From contig JBFGJU010000001.1 of the NCBI GenBank assembly GCA_041577035.1, positions 1 to 50,863 of the forward strand: a stretch of 50,863 nucleotides of DNA, read 5' to 3'. Shown piece by piece: positions 1 through 11,846 of this stretch. The first letter of the stretch is position 1, and every line of letters starts with the position of its first letter. The notes under the pieces were generated by a model, which saw only the letters and a list, made by a program, of their open reading frames with translations, was not told where the DNA came from and did no database searches. The stretch comes from Thermodesulfovibrionales bacterium. Its GTDB lineage: Bacteria > Nitrospirota > Thermodesulfovibrionia > Thermodesulfovibrionales > UBA6898. The translations under genes and the position numbers were made by a program.

Positions 1-114
1 AGACCTTCTGCCAGGTTATAAAAAATGGATATCAGGGCGAGCACTGATGCCCAGGTGTAAAGCGTTAACCGCTCTTTAGAGGAAATACTGATGGTATTCT
101 GCATATTCTTATAG
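1..114 (-). CDS. partial ORF (first 38 codons) of an unidentified, probably membrane protein; runs off the window edge
   Basis: ATG at 114-112 (minus) opens a frame that stays open to base 1: MQNTISISSKERLTLYTWASVLALISIFYNLAEG. The segment is hydrophobic. No clear SD. Too short to assign. Confidence 0.25.
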
Positions 115-187
115 TATCAGACTACTGGAAAAAAGCCATTAAGCCTATACCGGCAGTTATGATGATAAAGGGGTTCCTGAAGGACGA

Positions 188-1720
188 CTAGAGCTGGGCC
201 CGGTCCAGGGTTCGGTACTGGATTGCTTCTGATATATGATGGGCGTGTATATCATCTGAACTATCCATATCAGCTATCGTGCGGGAGACTTTCAGGATCC
301 TCGTATATGCCCGCGCAGAAAGACCGAGTTTTTGCATTGCGGTCTCGAGCAGACTCTGTGCACTGCCCTTCAAAGAGCAGTATTTTTTAATGTGACGGGT
401 TTTCATCTGTCCGTTTGAATAAATCCTGTCTTTCTGGAATCGCATAATCTGGATATTTCGCGCACTCACTACCCGTGATCTGATATCCCGGGAAGGTTCT
501 CCCGCATGAACGGCTGACAAGTCTTTATAGGGCACTGCGGGGACCTCTATATGTATGTCTATTCGGTCGAGAAGCGGCCCTGAGACCTTTCTCTTATAGC
601 GGTACATCTGCCCCGGTGCACAGGTGCACTGATGTTTCGGATCTCCAAAAAAGCCGCAAGGGCAGGGATTCATGGCACTGACCAGCATAAACGATGCTGG
701 ATATGTCACTGATGCAATTGCCCGTGATACTGTTACGTTTCCATTTTCAATAGGTTGCCGGAGGACTTCCAGAGCGTTTCGCTTGAATTCGGCTGTCTCA
801 TCGAGAAACAAAACTCCGTTATGAGCAAGGCTGACTTCACCGGGACGCGGAATCTGTCCACCTCCTATGAGTGCAACGTCGGATACCGTATGATGCGGTG
901 ATCTGAATGGACGGGTTGCGAGGAGGGGCTGACCGGCTTGCAACAGTCCGGAAACACTGTGAATCATGGTAGTCTCAAGGGCTTCTTCAAAATTCATAGG
1001 GGGAAGGATTGAAGGCAGGCGCTTTGCAATCATGGTCTTTCCAGAGCCGGGAGGACCGATCATCATTACATTGTGTCCGCCTGCGGCAGCAACCTCAAGT
1101 GCACGCTTGGCGTGTTCCTGTCCCTTAACATCTGCAAAATCATCTTCATAGAGTGAATAATGCTTCATTGAGGCAATAATATCTGTCTGGTAAGGTTTTA
1201 CCGTCCGGGTATCCCGCAGAAAATCGACGACCTCTGTGAGGCTGCTCATTCCATACACGGTCACGCCACTCACGACACCGGCTTCAGGAGCGTTTTGAGC
1301 AGGAAGAATAACTCCTTTCAACCCGGCATTTCTTACCAGGAGCGCCATGGATAGAGCGCCCCGTATTGGCTTAATTTGACCGTCAAGTGAAAGCTCGCCC
1401 GTAAACAGATATCCGGATATGACATCCTGTGCGAGGAGTCCTTCCGAAGCGATGATTCCGATGGCAATAGGGAGATCAAAAGACGAACCTTCTTTTTTGA
1501 GATCAGCTGGTGCAAGGTTAACCGTAATCTGCTTTAAGGGAAAATTGAATCCGACGTTTTTCAATGCAGCCTTCACCCTGTCACGGCTTTCTTTTACTGC
1601 GGCGTCCGGCAGGCCTACCATAGAAAAGTGGGGCAAACCGCGAGAGGCGATATCAACTTCAACCTCTACGGCATAGGCATCAATACCAACAACACTTGCA
1701 CTTAATACTTTTGACAGCAT
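188..1720 (-). CDS. yifB: YifB/ComM family Mg-chelatase-like AAA+ ATPase
   Basis: 510-aa ORF. Walker A GPPGSGKT, Walker B-like VLFLDE, a Cys cluster (CPCGFFG...CTC) and a ChlI-like C-terminus. Full-length resemblance to YifB/ComM proteins. Confidence 0.85.
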   Translation of the reverse strand: MLSKVLSASVVGIDAYAVEVEVDIASRGLPHFSMVGLPDAAVKESRDRVKAALKNVGFNFPLKQITVNLAPADLKKEGSSFDLPIAIGIIASEGLLAQDVISGYLFTGELSLDGQIKPIRGALSMALLVRNAGLKGVILPAQNAPEAGVVSGVTVYGMSSLTEVVDFLRDTRTVKPYQTDIIASMKHYSLYEDDFADVKGQEHAKRALEVAAAGGHNVMMIGPPGSGKTMIAKRLPSILPPMNFEEALETTMIHSVSGLLQAGQPLLATRPFRSPHHTVSDVALIGGGQIPRPGEVSLAHNGVLFLDETAEFKRNALEVLRQPIENGNVTVSRAIASVTYPASFMLVSAMNPCPCGFFGDPKHQCTCAPGQMYRYKRKVSGPLLDRIDIHIEVPAVPYKDLSAVHAGEPSRDIRSRVVSARNIQIMRFQKDRIYSNGQMKTRHIKKYCSLKGSAQSLLETAMQKLGLSARAYTRILKVSRTIADMDSSDDIHAHHISEAIQYRTLDRAQL

Positions 1721-1914
1721 GGATTACTGATCCCCTCGTACGCCAGACGAAAAATCATAGCATTAAGCACGGTTAAAGGGCAAGAACAGTTTTCATCATA
1801 TAACGATATGTGAATACCATGGCCGAACGCGAATACCGGCGGTTCATATTGCAAAAAAGAGATGGAAGTTTTATTATTAGCAGCAACACTTCGTCCATTC
1901 ATACAGGAGGAATA

Positions 1915-2337
1915 ATGAAGAAAGTCTTTTTCGTGATATTGATTGTGCTGCTCGCTATGTCATGCGGTAAAAAAGAAGCAGTAAAAAAGATATCACCTGA
2001 ATCACAACTCTCACAGGAGTCATTTGCTCTTGCTGAGACAATACGTCAGGCATTTGAAAAAGGAGACCTGGATACTATCAAAAATAATTCCACGGAAGCA
2101 GGGTACGCAGATATTACCATCAATGAAAGAGCTTATGATGGTATTGGCCTTGTCTTTACCCCGCGATGGGTAGAAATAGAAGACGAAAAAGTTTCTCTTA
2201 ATATCGCCTGGAAGAGCACCTGGACCGCTGACGATATAATCGCGGAGGAAAGCGGAATGGCCATTTTTATGATGGAGGGGACGCCGCTCAAGGTAACAAA
2301 GATTTTACGGGCAAATCCGTTTGTGCTTCCTGAATAG
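1915..2337 (+). CDS. hypothetical lipoprotein
   Basis: SD AGGAGG at 1905-1910 followed by ATG at 1915. Signal peptide MKKVFFVILIVLLAMSC with lipobox LAMSC. No recognisable domain. The ORF-track start at 1810 has no SD. Confidence 0.6.
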   Translation: MKKVFFVILIVLLAMSCGKKEAVKKISPESQLSQESFALAETIRQAFEKGDLDTIKNNSTEAGYADITINERAYDGIGLVFTPRWVEIEDEKVSLNIAWKSTWTADDIIAEESGMAIFMMEGTPLKVTKILRANPFVLPE

Positions 2338-2345
2338 CCCTGGTA

Positions 2346-2558
2346 TTATCCGCAGGAGCTGCAGGAACTCTTGCTGCATGATGTGCAGCCCGAGGTTGAT
2401 CCTGAAAAAGGCTTGTTAACGCCGCTCATCCCGAAGGCTGAAAATTTTTTTTTGACATTATCTGATGAACAGTTGGGGCAGTTTACCGTCACAGTGCTGA
2501 AAACGAGCTTTTCAAACTCGTTGCTGCAGGCATTGCATATATATTCAAAAATAGGCAT
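2346..2558 (-). CDS. FmdB-family (CxxC_CxxC_SSSS) zinc-ribbon protein
   Basis: MPIFEYICNAC...CPNC gives two CxxC pairs in the typical FmdB N-terminus. Ser/Cys-rich tail. Confidence 0.7.
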   Translation of the reverse strand: MPIFEYICNACSNEFEKLVFSTVTVNCPNCSSDNVKKKFSAFGMSGVNKPFSGSTSGCTSCSKSSCSSCG

Positions 2559-2877
2559 TACCGATCCTCACATCAGTCTCTTTTCCTCAACTACCAGCTT
2601 CTATCAGTACCGCGCAGGCGCATCGCACCCACTCTGGAAAAACATCATGACGGTCTGACTACAATGCTTTATTATAACGAAAATCATGAAAAATATGGAT
2701 CAGATACCATATTGTGAAAACTTATGCATGTACATGATATCTATGGAAAATTCTTTTCAGAACCGCTTTTTCCTGATCCGGGATGGAGCAATCCGTACTG
2801 AATTGGCTTTGACTGGAATTATAAGAGTGAGAATGATAAAATATGCAATCGTCTTATAATCAGGATGCAGACAATCA

Positions 2878-4134
2878 ATGGCTGAAGTAATACCGTTTAA
2901 GGGATCTCTGTACAATATTGCGAAAGTCTCACGGAAACAGGGAGAAGAGCTCCTGTGTCCTCCGTACGATATCATTACGTCTGAAACCCAGGAGGGTTTT
3001 TACCGGAACAGTCCCTACAATATCGTCAGAGTTGATTTTGGCAAGGGATTACCGGATGACAACAGCAATGAAAATAAATACACGCGGGCACGGGAATACC
3101 TCCGACAATGGATTCATGAAGATGTTCTTGTGACAAACGGCTCTCCATGCTTTTACGCCTATGAAATGGTGTATACGCTGGGATTAAGAGAACTTTCACT
3201 GAGAGGTGTTATCGGTCTTGTGAGACTTGAAGAACTCGGAAAAGGAACGATTTATCCGCATGAATGTACGCATGATAAACCGAAAAAAGACCGGCTTCAA
3301 CTCTTAAGAATCTGCAACGCAAATATCAGCCCGATTTTTTCTCTCTATAACAGCCCTGAAAAAAGGACATCTGCACGGCTTTTTGAAATCTGCAGGAGGA
3401 AGCCGTACATTGCAGCGCCCGATATGGACAATTCCATCCATAAATTATGGAAGATTTCTGATGAAAATGATATTCAGATGATACAGGCGGAGCTGTCGGA
3501 CAAGCCCATTTTCATCGCTGATGGCCATCATCGGTACGAAACCGCACTTGATTATCAAAGAGAAATAAATAACGGGAAGGGCTCTGACGGTAGGATGCCC
3601 CATAATTATATTATGATGTTCCTGGCGAACATGTCTGATGAAGGCCTCACAATCCTGCCGACTCACAGGCTTGCCAGAAAGATACCCGGCGATACGCTGG
3701 ATCGTCTTTCAGCACAATTTACTGTCAGAAAAATAAAAGGCGGGCTGGATATTGTTGATTCGCTTGCCGGTACGGTAAAGAGCATCGGCTTTTATCTGGG
3801 CGACGCTGACACGTGGTATCTTCTGGAGTATTCCGGGCAGGACCTTTCAGAAATTCCTGAACCACTGAGAAACCTCGACGTAACTATTTTGCATGAACTG
3901 ATTTTAAAGAAGTCATTGCAGGTCGAAGATGTCGGGTATGAAATGGATGAAGAAAGAACCGTGCAGCTTGTTCAGGACCGGCGCTATGCCGCAGCCTTTT
4001 TTCTGAATCCGACACCTGTTTCAGAAGTTGAACATGTTGCGCTCGCGTCATTACGGATGCCTCCAAAATCGACCTATTTTTATCCAAAGTTATTAACAGG
4101 AACAGTTCTTAATATATTTGATAACGCTTTTTAA
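2878..4134 (+). CDS. DUF1015 family protein
   Basis: 418 aa. N-terminal IPFKG, CPPYDII and the ADGHHRYETAL motif, which I associate with DUF1015. The stop lies 12 nt before gap. Confidence 0.65.
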   Translation: MAEVIPFKGSLYNIAKVSRKQGEELLCPPYDIITSETQEGFYRNSPYNIVRVDFGKGLPDDNSNENKYTRAREYLRQWIHEDVLVTNGSPCFYAYEMVYTLGLRELSLRGVIGLVRLEELGKGTIYPHECTHDKPKKDRLQLLRICNANISPIFSLYNSPEKRTSARLFEICRRKPYIAAPDMDNSIHKLWKISDENDIQMIQAELSDKPIFIADGHHRYETALDYQREINNGKGSDGRMPHNYIMMFLANMSDEGLTILPTHRLARKIPGDTLDRLSAQFTVRKIKGGLDIVDSLAGTVKSIGFYLGDADTWYLLEYSGQDLSEIPEPLRNLDVTILHELILKKSLQVEDVGYEMDEERTVQLVQDRRYAAAFFLNPTPVSEVEHVALASLRMPPKSTYFYPKLLTGTVLNIFDNAF

Positions 4135-5154
<1,020 letters not shown>

Positions 5155-5156
5155 CC

Positions 5157-6389
5157 ATGGCGCAGAATAATGCAGATTCCATGCCGATAAAGGATGTGCT
5201 GCATAAGCTATCCGTTGAAGAGCTTGATATAGCGGGAAAACGTGTATTTATCAGAGCTGACTTTAATGTTCCTCTGGATGATAACCTGAAAATTACCGAT
5301 GATAAAAGGATACGATCAACACTCCCCACTATCAATTATGCCATTGATGAAGGCGCTAAGGTTATCCTGGCATCGCATCTGGGCAGGCCCAAGGGAAGGC
5401 CTGATCCGCGGTACAGCCTTGCACCCATTGCGAAGAGGCTTCAGCGCCTGCTGAATACTGAAGTACTGTTTGCCCCCGATTGTATAGGACCGCATGTGGA
5501 AGGAGTTGTGTCAAAAATGAAGGCAGGAGATGTGCTTCTTCTGGAGAATCTGAGATATCATGTCGGGGAGGAGACCAACGACGAAAACTTTGCAGAGAGC
5601 TTGTCGCGACTTGCGGACTGTTTCATTAATGATGCATTTGGCGCGGCCCACAGGGCGCATGCATCGATTGTAGGCATTACGAAATACCTGCCGTCGGCCG
5701 CGGGCTTCCTCATGAAGAAAGAAATAGAGCACTTAAAAGGTGTCGTAACAAATCCTGTCAGACCTTTTGTGGCGATCCTTGGAGGTGCAAAAGTTTCGGG
5801 GAAAATTGGCGTGTTGGAGCATCTGGAAGATAAGGTTGACAAAGTTCTGATAGGCGGCGGCATGGCTTTTACTTTTATCAAGGCGATGGGATATGAGGTG
5901 GGGGATTCACTGGTGGAACCAGACATGCTGGACACAGCACAGCGCATACGAAAAAAACTGAAAAGCGCGGGTATAAAATTTTATCTTCCGGTGGATTGTG
6001 TCATTGCCCAGACGCTGGAGCCGGGAGCGGAGACGAAGATTGTGCCAACACTTGAAATACCAAAAGGCTGGAGAGCCCTTGATATCGGTCCGGCTACGGT
6101 CAAACTCTTTTCGATTGCTCTTGCAAATGCCAAGACCATCCTCTGGAACGGCCCTATGGGAGTATTTGAGATAGATGCATTTTCTCGTGGAACCTTTGCG
6201 ATCGCACATTCGGTAGCTGATGCCTATGCACTGACGGTCGTGGGAGGAGGCGATACTGATCTGGCAGTCCACAGAGCAGGTGTATCTGATGCAGTCTCTT
6301 TTATTTCAACCGGTGGCGGAGCATCTTTACAGTTGCTGGAGGGCAAGGAGCTTCCCGGTATCGCTGCATTGACTGATAAAAAAACATGA
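5157..6389 (+). CDS. pgk: phosphoglycerate kinase
   Basis: Start placed at ATG 5157, 2 nt after the gap stop; the ORF-track start at 5094 overlaps gap. Motifs FIRADFNVPL, VVGGGDT and STGGGASLQLLEG. Confidence 0.93.
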   Translation: MAQNNADSMPIKDVLHKLSVEELDIAGKRVFIRADFNVPLDDNLKITDDKRIRSTLPTINYAIDEGAKVILASHLGRPKGRPDPRYSLAPIAKRLQRLLNTEVLFAPDCIGPHVEGVVSKMKAGDVLLLENLRYHVGEETNDENFAESLSRLADCFINDAFGAAHRAHASIVGITKYLPSAAGFLMKKEIEHLKGVVTNPVRPFVAILGGAKVSGKIGVLEHLEDKVDKVLIGGGMAFTFIKAMGYEVGDSLVEPDMLDTAQRIRKKLKSAGIKFYLPVDCVIAQTLEPGAETKIVPTLEIPKGWRALDIGPATVKLFSIALANAKTILWNGPMGVFEIDAFSRGTFAIAHSVADAYALTVVGGGDTDLAVHRAGVSDAVSFISTGGGASLQLLEGKELPGIAALTDKKT

Positions 6390-6400
6390 ATATAAATCAG

Positions 6401-6826
6401 TCACACTACTGGTTCACATACAGAATCAGTAACCTTATGCGGCACTTTTTCGTTCTTGTGGGATAAAATCCCTCTTTTGAATTCGACCATAGAAGGATTC
6501 TTGCACCCAAGTTCCCTTATGAGAAACGACGCAGCTGACTCCGGTTTAATGAGATCACCGCAGGTGAAAATGTCAACTGCTGCATATCCATGTTCAGGCC
6601 AGGTGTGAATGGAGATATGCGATTCCGCAATGACGACCATGCCGCTAATACCAAAAGGATTGAATTCGTGGAAGGAAATGTCAACGATGGTTGCCTTGGC
6701 TTCTCTTGCAGCTGCGACCAAGGCGTTCTTGACCCTGTTGAGGTCGCTCAGAATTTCGGGCTTGCAGTCCCGTAATTCCACTAATAAATGATTACCTAAA
6801 GCATGCAATCCTCTACCCCCTTTCAT
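6401..6826 (-). CDS. speH: S-adenosylmethionine decarboxylase proenzyme (pyruvoyl type)
   Basis: LGNHLLVELRDC and the self-cleavage site motif AESHISIHTWPE, typical of small bacterial/archaeal AdoMetDC. Confidence 0.85.
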   Translation of the reverse strand: MKGGRGLHALGNHLLVELRDCKPEILSDLNRVKNALVAAAREAKATIVDISFHEFNPFGISGMVVIAESHISIHTWPEHGYAAVDIFTCGDLIKPESAASFLIRELGCKNPSMVEFKRGILSHKNEKVPHKVTDSVCEPVV

Positions 6827-6871
6827 TGTAAAATAATGAGATCCGGGATCCGGCCTCCTGAAGTTAAGAAT

Positions 6872-6899
6872 TTTATAGTAAATATTTATAACTTGTCAA
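6872..6899 (-). promoter_or_regulatory. putative sigma70-type promoter for speH
   Basis: On the minus strand: TTGACA (6899-6894), a 16-nt spacer, then TATAAA (6877-6872). It lies about 45 nt upstream of the speH ATG. Confidence 0.4.
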
Positions 6900-6979
6900 G
6901 CGAATTCACCGGTCCGGGGCTATGTCCGGCCCGGATCCCTTTTTGCTTTTCCGAAAGCCATTACACCGTCATTCCGAAA

Positions 6980-7864
6980 TTACGGAATCACTTTGTTCAA
7001 CTGATATTCCACGAGACCGGACGCTCCGACTTTCTTCAACTTCGGAATCAAATCGCAAATCAGTTTTTCATCTATTACCACGTCAATATCGTACCATCCC
7101 TCTTGGGACAGCTCTGAAATGGTAGGGGAGTGCATGGCTGGAAGGAGGCTCAGTACACGTTTAATATCCTTATGTGCAACATTCATCTTAAGACCAACCT
7201 TTTCTTCAGCGGCAAGCGCCCCTTTCAGGAGCATAACAATATTTTCTATTTTCTGTTTTTTCCATGTGTCATGCCAGGTCTTTCTATTTGCAATGAATCG
7301 GGTGCTGGACTCCAGTATGGTATCGATTATTCTGAGATTATTTGCCTTAAGCGAGGCCCCTGTTTCAGTCAACTCGACAATGGCATCAGCGAGCTGCGGC
7401 GGCTTCACTTCAGTAGCTCCCCAGGAAAAATCAACTGAAGCCCTGACATTTCTTGCTTTCAGATATCTTTTCGTATATCCGACAAGTTCGGTAGCTATTC
7501 TTTTGCCAGTGAGGTCTTTGACCGTTTTAATTTTTGAATCCATGGGTACGGCAATTACCCATTTGACTGGCCGGAGACCTTCCTTTGCATAATGCAATTC
7601 AGCCACTTCTTTTACGGACGCACCCTGCTCCATGATCCAGTCATAACCGGTTAACCCACAGTCAAGTATGCCGTTTTCAACATATCGTGCCATTTCCTGG
7701 GCCCGTATGAGCATGGATTCGATTTCGGGGTCATCAAACGTCGGGTAGTATGAACGAATGGCTACAGATATATGGTAACCAGCCTTTCTGAACAGTTTTA
7801 AGGTAGATTCCTGCAGACTTCCCTTGGGAAGACCAAGCTTGAGAACATTCTTTTTCGTCTTCAT
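6980..7864 (-). CDS. hisG: ATP phosphoribosyltransferase, long form
   Basis: 294 aa. N-terminal [18 protein letters not shown]. The length includes the C-terminal regulatory domain. It sits directly downstream of hisD. Confidence 0.9.
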   Translation of the reverse strand: MKTKKNVLKLGLPKGSLQESTLKLFRKAGYHISVAIRSYYPTFDDPEIESMLIRAQEMARYVENGILDCGLTGYDWIMEQGASVKEVAELHYAKEGLRPVKWVIAVPMDSKIKTVKDLTGKRIATELVGYTKRYLKARNVRASVDFSWGATEVKPPQLADAIVELTETGASLKANNLRIIDTILESSTRFIANRKTWHDTWKKQKIENIVMLLKGALAAEEKVGLKMNVAHKDIKRVLSLLPAMHSPTISELSQEGWYDIDVVIDEKLICDLIPKLKKVGASGLVEYQLNKVIP

Positions 7865-7880
7865 AGTATATCCATTCCTT

Positions 7881-9176
7881 TTATTTGCTATTTTTCATTT
7901 TTTCGGGCTTTCGTACCCGTATCGTATGAGCATGGGCTTCAAGCCCCTCTGCATCTGCCAGAGTTTCCACTATATGCGATATTCTCATAAAGCCTTTTCT
8001 GGTGAATCCGAGAAGGCTTGAACGTTTGAAAAAGTCATAGACGCCCAAAGGAGAAAAAAAGCGTGCTGTACCACCGGTCGGCAGGGTATGATTGGGGCCT
8101 GCCGCATAATCACCTACCGCCTCAGGTGCCCACGGCCCAAGGAATATTGCACCGGCATGATATATATGGGGAAGCACCTTAAATGGATCCTGCAGCATTA
8201 TTTCTAGGTGTTCAGGCGCTATCTGATTTGACAGATCAAGGGCGGCGCGTATATTTTTTGTGATAATGATTGCTCCGTAATTCTGCAACGATGCCCGAGC
8301 TATCTTTTTTCTCTTTAATTGAGAGATTTGTCCGGAGATTTCCTTTGATACAGCATTGGCCAGTGCCATGGAAGTCGTCAGCAGTATGGAGGATGCCAGT
8401 TCGTCATGTTCTGCCTGACTGAGAAGGTCTGCAGCAACAAATGCGGGATTGGCCGAGCGATCAGCTATAATCAGGATTTCACTTGGTCCAGCAATCATGT
8501 CTATGTCAACCAGACCGAAGACCATTTTTTTTGCAGTTGCAACATAAACGTTGCCGGGGCCCACGATCTTATCGACTTTTTTTATGCTTTGCGTACCATA
8601 CGCCATTGCACCTATGGCCTGAACACCACCTATCGTATAAACTTCTTCAATATTCAGCATTCTTACGGCGGCCATGACAGAGGGATTGATAGAGCCTCCC
8701 GGTGCCGGCACACACAGAGCAATTTCCTTCACTCCTGCTACGCGAGCCGGAATAACATTCATTAATACTGTTGATGGATACGCAGCCGTGCCACCCGGCA
8801 CATACACGCCGACCCGTTTCAGTGGATGAATAATCTGGCCAAGGAGCAGATCTTCCTCAGATAAAGACCAGGACCGCTCTCTCTGCATCTCATGGAATTT
8901 TCTGATCCTCTTTGCCGATAACTCAAGCGCCCGAACAACCGTGGCGTCTGCTTTATTTGCGACACGATGTATTGTCGCCGGACTCAGGCGTAGTCTGGAT
9001 GAGCTGTTTTGATCGAATCTGCGGGTGTACTTCTTAACGGCATAATCACCGTTTTTCTGGACATCGGTTAAAATTTTTTTTACCGCTTGTTCAACCGTTT
9101 CAGCATCCCCCGAGGCGCGAACCCTCAGTGTGTCCAGGAATGTTGAGACATCTTTTCTTTTACTTATTATCCGCAT
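7881..9176 (-). CDS. hisD: histidinol dehydrogenase
   Basis: 431 aa. Motifs SQAEHDE and [19 protein letters not shown]. Confidence 0.93.
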   Translation of the reverse strand: MRIISKRKDVSTFLDTLRVRASGDAETVEQAVKKILTDVQKNGDYAVKKYTRRFDQNSSSRLRLSPATIHRVANKADATVVRALELSAKRIRKFHEMQRERSWSLSEEDLLLGQIIHPLKRVGVYVPGGTAAYPSTVLMNVIPARVAGVKEIALCVPAPGGSINPSVMAAVRMLNIEEVYTIGGVQAIGAMAYGTQSIKKVDKIVGPGNVYVATAKKMVFGLVDIDMIAGPSEILIIADRSANPAFVAADLLSQAEHDELASSILLTTSMALANAVSKEISGQISQLKRKKIARASLQNYGAIIITKNIRAALDLSNQIAPEHLEIMLQDPFKVLPHIYHAGAIFLGPWAPEAVGDYAAGPNHTLPTGGTARFFSPLGVYDFFKRSSLLGFTRKGFMRISHIVETLADAEGLEAHAHTIRVRKPEKMKNSK

Positions 9177-9309
9177 GCGTTTTAATTCTATGATTTATCA
9201 GATAATTATTCAAGCCATATTAGGATAACGATACACGAGCAATACAGAGAGGCAATAAACTGATGCCGTTTGGTACTGTTACAGACCCGGATATTACCTG
9301 AAACATGTA

Positions 9310-9338
9310 TTGACAACTTACCGTTTCTCAAGTAAAGT
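9310..9338 (+). promoter_or_regulatory. putative promoter directly abutting the HD-GYP gene start
   Basis: TTGACA (9310-9315), a 17-nt spacer, then TAAAGT (9333-9338). The ATG at 9344 is only 5 nt downstream and has no SD. Confidence 0.4.
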
Positions 9339-9343
9339 TTAGT

Positions 9344-10651
9344 ATGTCCGGAGAGGAATTGTTTGATAAGAATCCAGCGCTTAAAGAGATCCAAAAAAAA
9401 CACCGCTTACTGCATATTGTCATAACCTTTGTAATTGTCGTCCTCTTTGCTGCCGTCATCCGTTATTCGTACGAACCCGTTGCTGAGTATCTGGATTTTC
9501 TTCCCCCTATTTCGTATTCGCTCATTATAGGGATTGTCCTGATCCTGTCCATAATGGGATTGTATCTCTCGAGACGACTCACAAAACAGATTTTACGTAT
9601 TATTGAAGATTACAGTACCAGGCTAAGCAGAATACTGAATATAACAAGTGATTTGAGGGAAGAGCTCTACGGAGATATTCTCCTTGAAAAAATCATGGAT
9701 TATGCAATTTCGATAACTCAGTCAAAGGCCGGAGCACTTCTTTTACTGAATGAAGAAAAGGATCTGATTTTCAAGATAATCAGAGGAGAAAAAAATGATG
9801 CGTTGATCGGAACTACTATAGAAAAAGGAAAAGGAATTGCGGGATGGGTAGCTGAACAGGGCCAGCCGCTCCGCCTGGATCGTGGTGAAGCAGATCCCAG
9901 ATTCTCATATGAAATAGACAAGATAACCGCGTCTTCAACGTCATCCATACTCTGCGTGCCGCTAAAGACACAGGATGGAATCATAGGTGTATTAGAATTA
10001 TTGAGAGAGAAATATAATTTTCGTGAACGGGACGAAGAAATTAGCATATATCTCGCCGAACAGGCTGCACTTTCGATTATAAAAGCGCAGTTTTATGAAG
10101 ATCAGAAAAATTTCGAAATACATCTTACGGATATGCTGATTGATGCGATTGATTATCATATTGAAGAAAAAATCGGACATGCTCGAAGAGTGGCGATATA
10201 CAGCAATATTATTGCGAAGGCTTTGAATCTTCCGGAAGAACAGAAAAAGAATATTTATTTTGCTTCACTGCTCCATGATGTGGGATTCTTGAAGATAAAG
10301 GCTGATGATTCATACAAAAAGGAAGTGATTCGGCAGCATCCGGTCATCGGTTATGAAATGATTAAGCCGATTAACCTTTATGCGCCTACGGCTCGTATCA
10401 TTTTACACCATCATGAACGATACGATGGGTTTGGCTATCCTTCTCAGCTGGCAGGAGAAGCGATTCCGCTTGGGGCACGGATATTAGCGATCTCTGATGC
10501 GTTTGATGTCATGGTGGGAAGTATCTCATACCGGGTGCCATTAAGCTTTGAAGAATCCAAAAAAGAAATAGAACGAAATGCAGGAACGCAGTTCGATCCT
10601 CGGCTGGCAACACTGTTTCTGAAACACATAGCTCCTGAACATGTACAGTGA
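9344..10651 (+). CDS. membrane-anchored GAF domain / HD-GYP domain protein (putative c-di-GMP phosphodiesterase)
   Basis: Two N-terminal hydrophobic helices and a central GAF-like region. HD motif LLHDVG and HD-GYP motif HHHERYDGFGYP. Confidence 0.8.
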   Translation: MSGEELFDKNPALKEIQKKHRLLHIVITFVIVVLFAAVIRYSYEPVAEYLDFLPPISYSLIIGIVLILSIMGLYLSRRLTKQILRIIEDYSTRLSRILNITSDLREELYGDILLEKIMDYAISITQSKAGALLLLNEEKDLIFKIIRGEKNDALIGTTIEKGKGIAGWVAEQGQPLRLDRGEADPRFSYEIDKITASSTSSILCVPLKTQDGIIGVLELLREKYNFRERDEEISIYLAEQAALSIIKAQFYEDQKNFEIHLTDMLIDAIDYHIEEKIGHARRVAIYSNIIAKALNLPEEQKKNIYFASLLHDVGFLKIKADDSYKKEVIRQHPVIGYEMIKPINLYAPTARIILHHHERYDGFGYPSQLAGEAIPLGARILAISDAFDVMVGSISYRVPLSFEESKKEIERNAGTQFDPRLATLFLKHIAPEHVQ

Positions 10652-10680
10652 ATGAAAGCGTGATACACAGTGGTGCGGAC

Positions 10681-11766
10681 TTACAGTCGAAACGGCACGA
10701 GCGATTGCAATTTACTTTCCAGCACATCCTGAAACGTTGCCTTGTTTTTATGCGATGTGAAGATATCAAGAACTCTCGATGCGATGAGATCTGTTTTTGC
10801 AAGGCACGACGTGCGGGCCGTATTAATAACTGACCAATCGAGTGATTCGGTGAACTCTTCAAATGCATGTACCATCTCAGCAGAAAGGAGTTTTCTGAAC
10901 CCCCCAAGAAAGGCAATATACAATCCGATTGATGCCTTTTTATCGTTTTCCATGATATACCGTATCATTCCCTTTTCAGACATATCAGAAAGCACATCTT
11001 TAACAGCACGAAGCAGCAGCTCAATTTTTCTGCTCGTAACTCCTGAAAGCAGCATTTTCCATTCGGGTCCGAGTCGCAGACCTTCAGAGGCCTCACCGAG
11101 TTCATGATGGATATGGGTCTCAAGTTCTTCTTCGGTAATCCTGAAAATTCGCTGATAACTATCTTGCGAAATCGGCTCTTCAGCGGATATATCATAACGA
11201 GAGAAGGCAAAAGCGAGGGATTTGGCTGCTCTACTTGTTTTCATTTCTTCAAACTTATTCCAGATGATCGTCAGTAAAACATCTTTTCGCGCAAAGATGA
11301 GATCATCCTGTAACAGAGCCGGATACGCTGATAAATCCCGGACGTATTCTTTCCCCAGGAAATAAACATGGTGGTTTTCCCTCTTTTGTTTCCTGATGAG
11401 TTTTCCGAGAAAGAATGAGGGCTTCATGTAAGCACCATAACCGGCACCGTAAGCAAGACCGTCCTTTTCGATCAGGCTGTTTATTTTTTTTACGTCAAAG
11501 AGATTGCACCGGTCTCCTTTAATAACAATTGTTTTGAATGGTTCATGCTCCAGTTCCTGCCACAGGTGTTCTTTCTTGGCTATCCAGTCGGCAATAGCCG
11601 TTTGCGGAACAGGTTCCCATGGCATGAGGCTATGCTCATTGCGAAACAGTTCCCGATACCGCAAAAGAAGGCCGCATATTGAGTAATCTCCCCAGAACAA
11701 TGCGTCTGATATATCGCAGTTCGTTTTGATTTGTTTGGTGAAGGTTTGTACGTCAAAATCTGACAT
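10681..11766 (-). CDS. hypothetical protein, 361 aa, no motif recognised
   Basis: Long clean ORF with protein-like composition (MSDFDVQTFTKQIKTNCDISDALFWGDYSICGLL...). No TM segments or catalytic motifs that I can name. Confidence 0.6.
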   Translation of the reverse strand: MSDFDVQTFTKQIKTNCDISDALFWGDYSICGLLLRYRELFRNEHSLMPWEPVPQTAIADWIAKKEHLWQELEHEPFKTIVIKGDRCNLFDVKKINSLIEKDGLAYGAGYGAYMKPSFFLGKLIRKQKRENHHVYFLGKEYVRDLSAYPALLQDDLIFARKDVLLTIIWNKFEEMKTSRAAKSLAFAFSRYDISAEEPISQDSYQRIFRITEEELETHIHHELGEASEGLRLGPEWKMLLSGVTSRKIELLLRAVKDVLSDMSEKGMIRYIMENDKKASIGLYIAFLGGFRKLLSAEMVHAFEEFTESLDWSVINTARTSCLAKTDLIASRVLDIFTSHKNKATFQDVLESKLQSLVPFRL

Positions 11767-11846
11767 ATATGCTCTCTTACGTACATTGTAACAGAATGCC
11801 GGAGAGCTTGACTAAAGAAAAGTAATCAAGAGACAATCTATGTGTT

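Noticed and set aside
6905-6950. GC-rich imperfect hairpin (GGTCCGGGGC...GGCCCGGATCC) followed by CTTTTTGCTTTT on the plus strand, between hisG and speH.
   Set aside because: Both flanking genes are on the minus strand, and the T-run is on the wrong strand for a hisG terminator. The stem is imperfect. It may still act as a weak bidirectional terminator or insulator, but I cannot support it.
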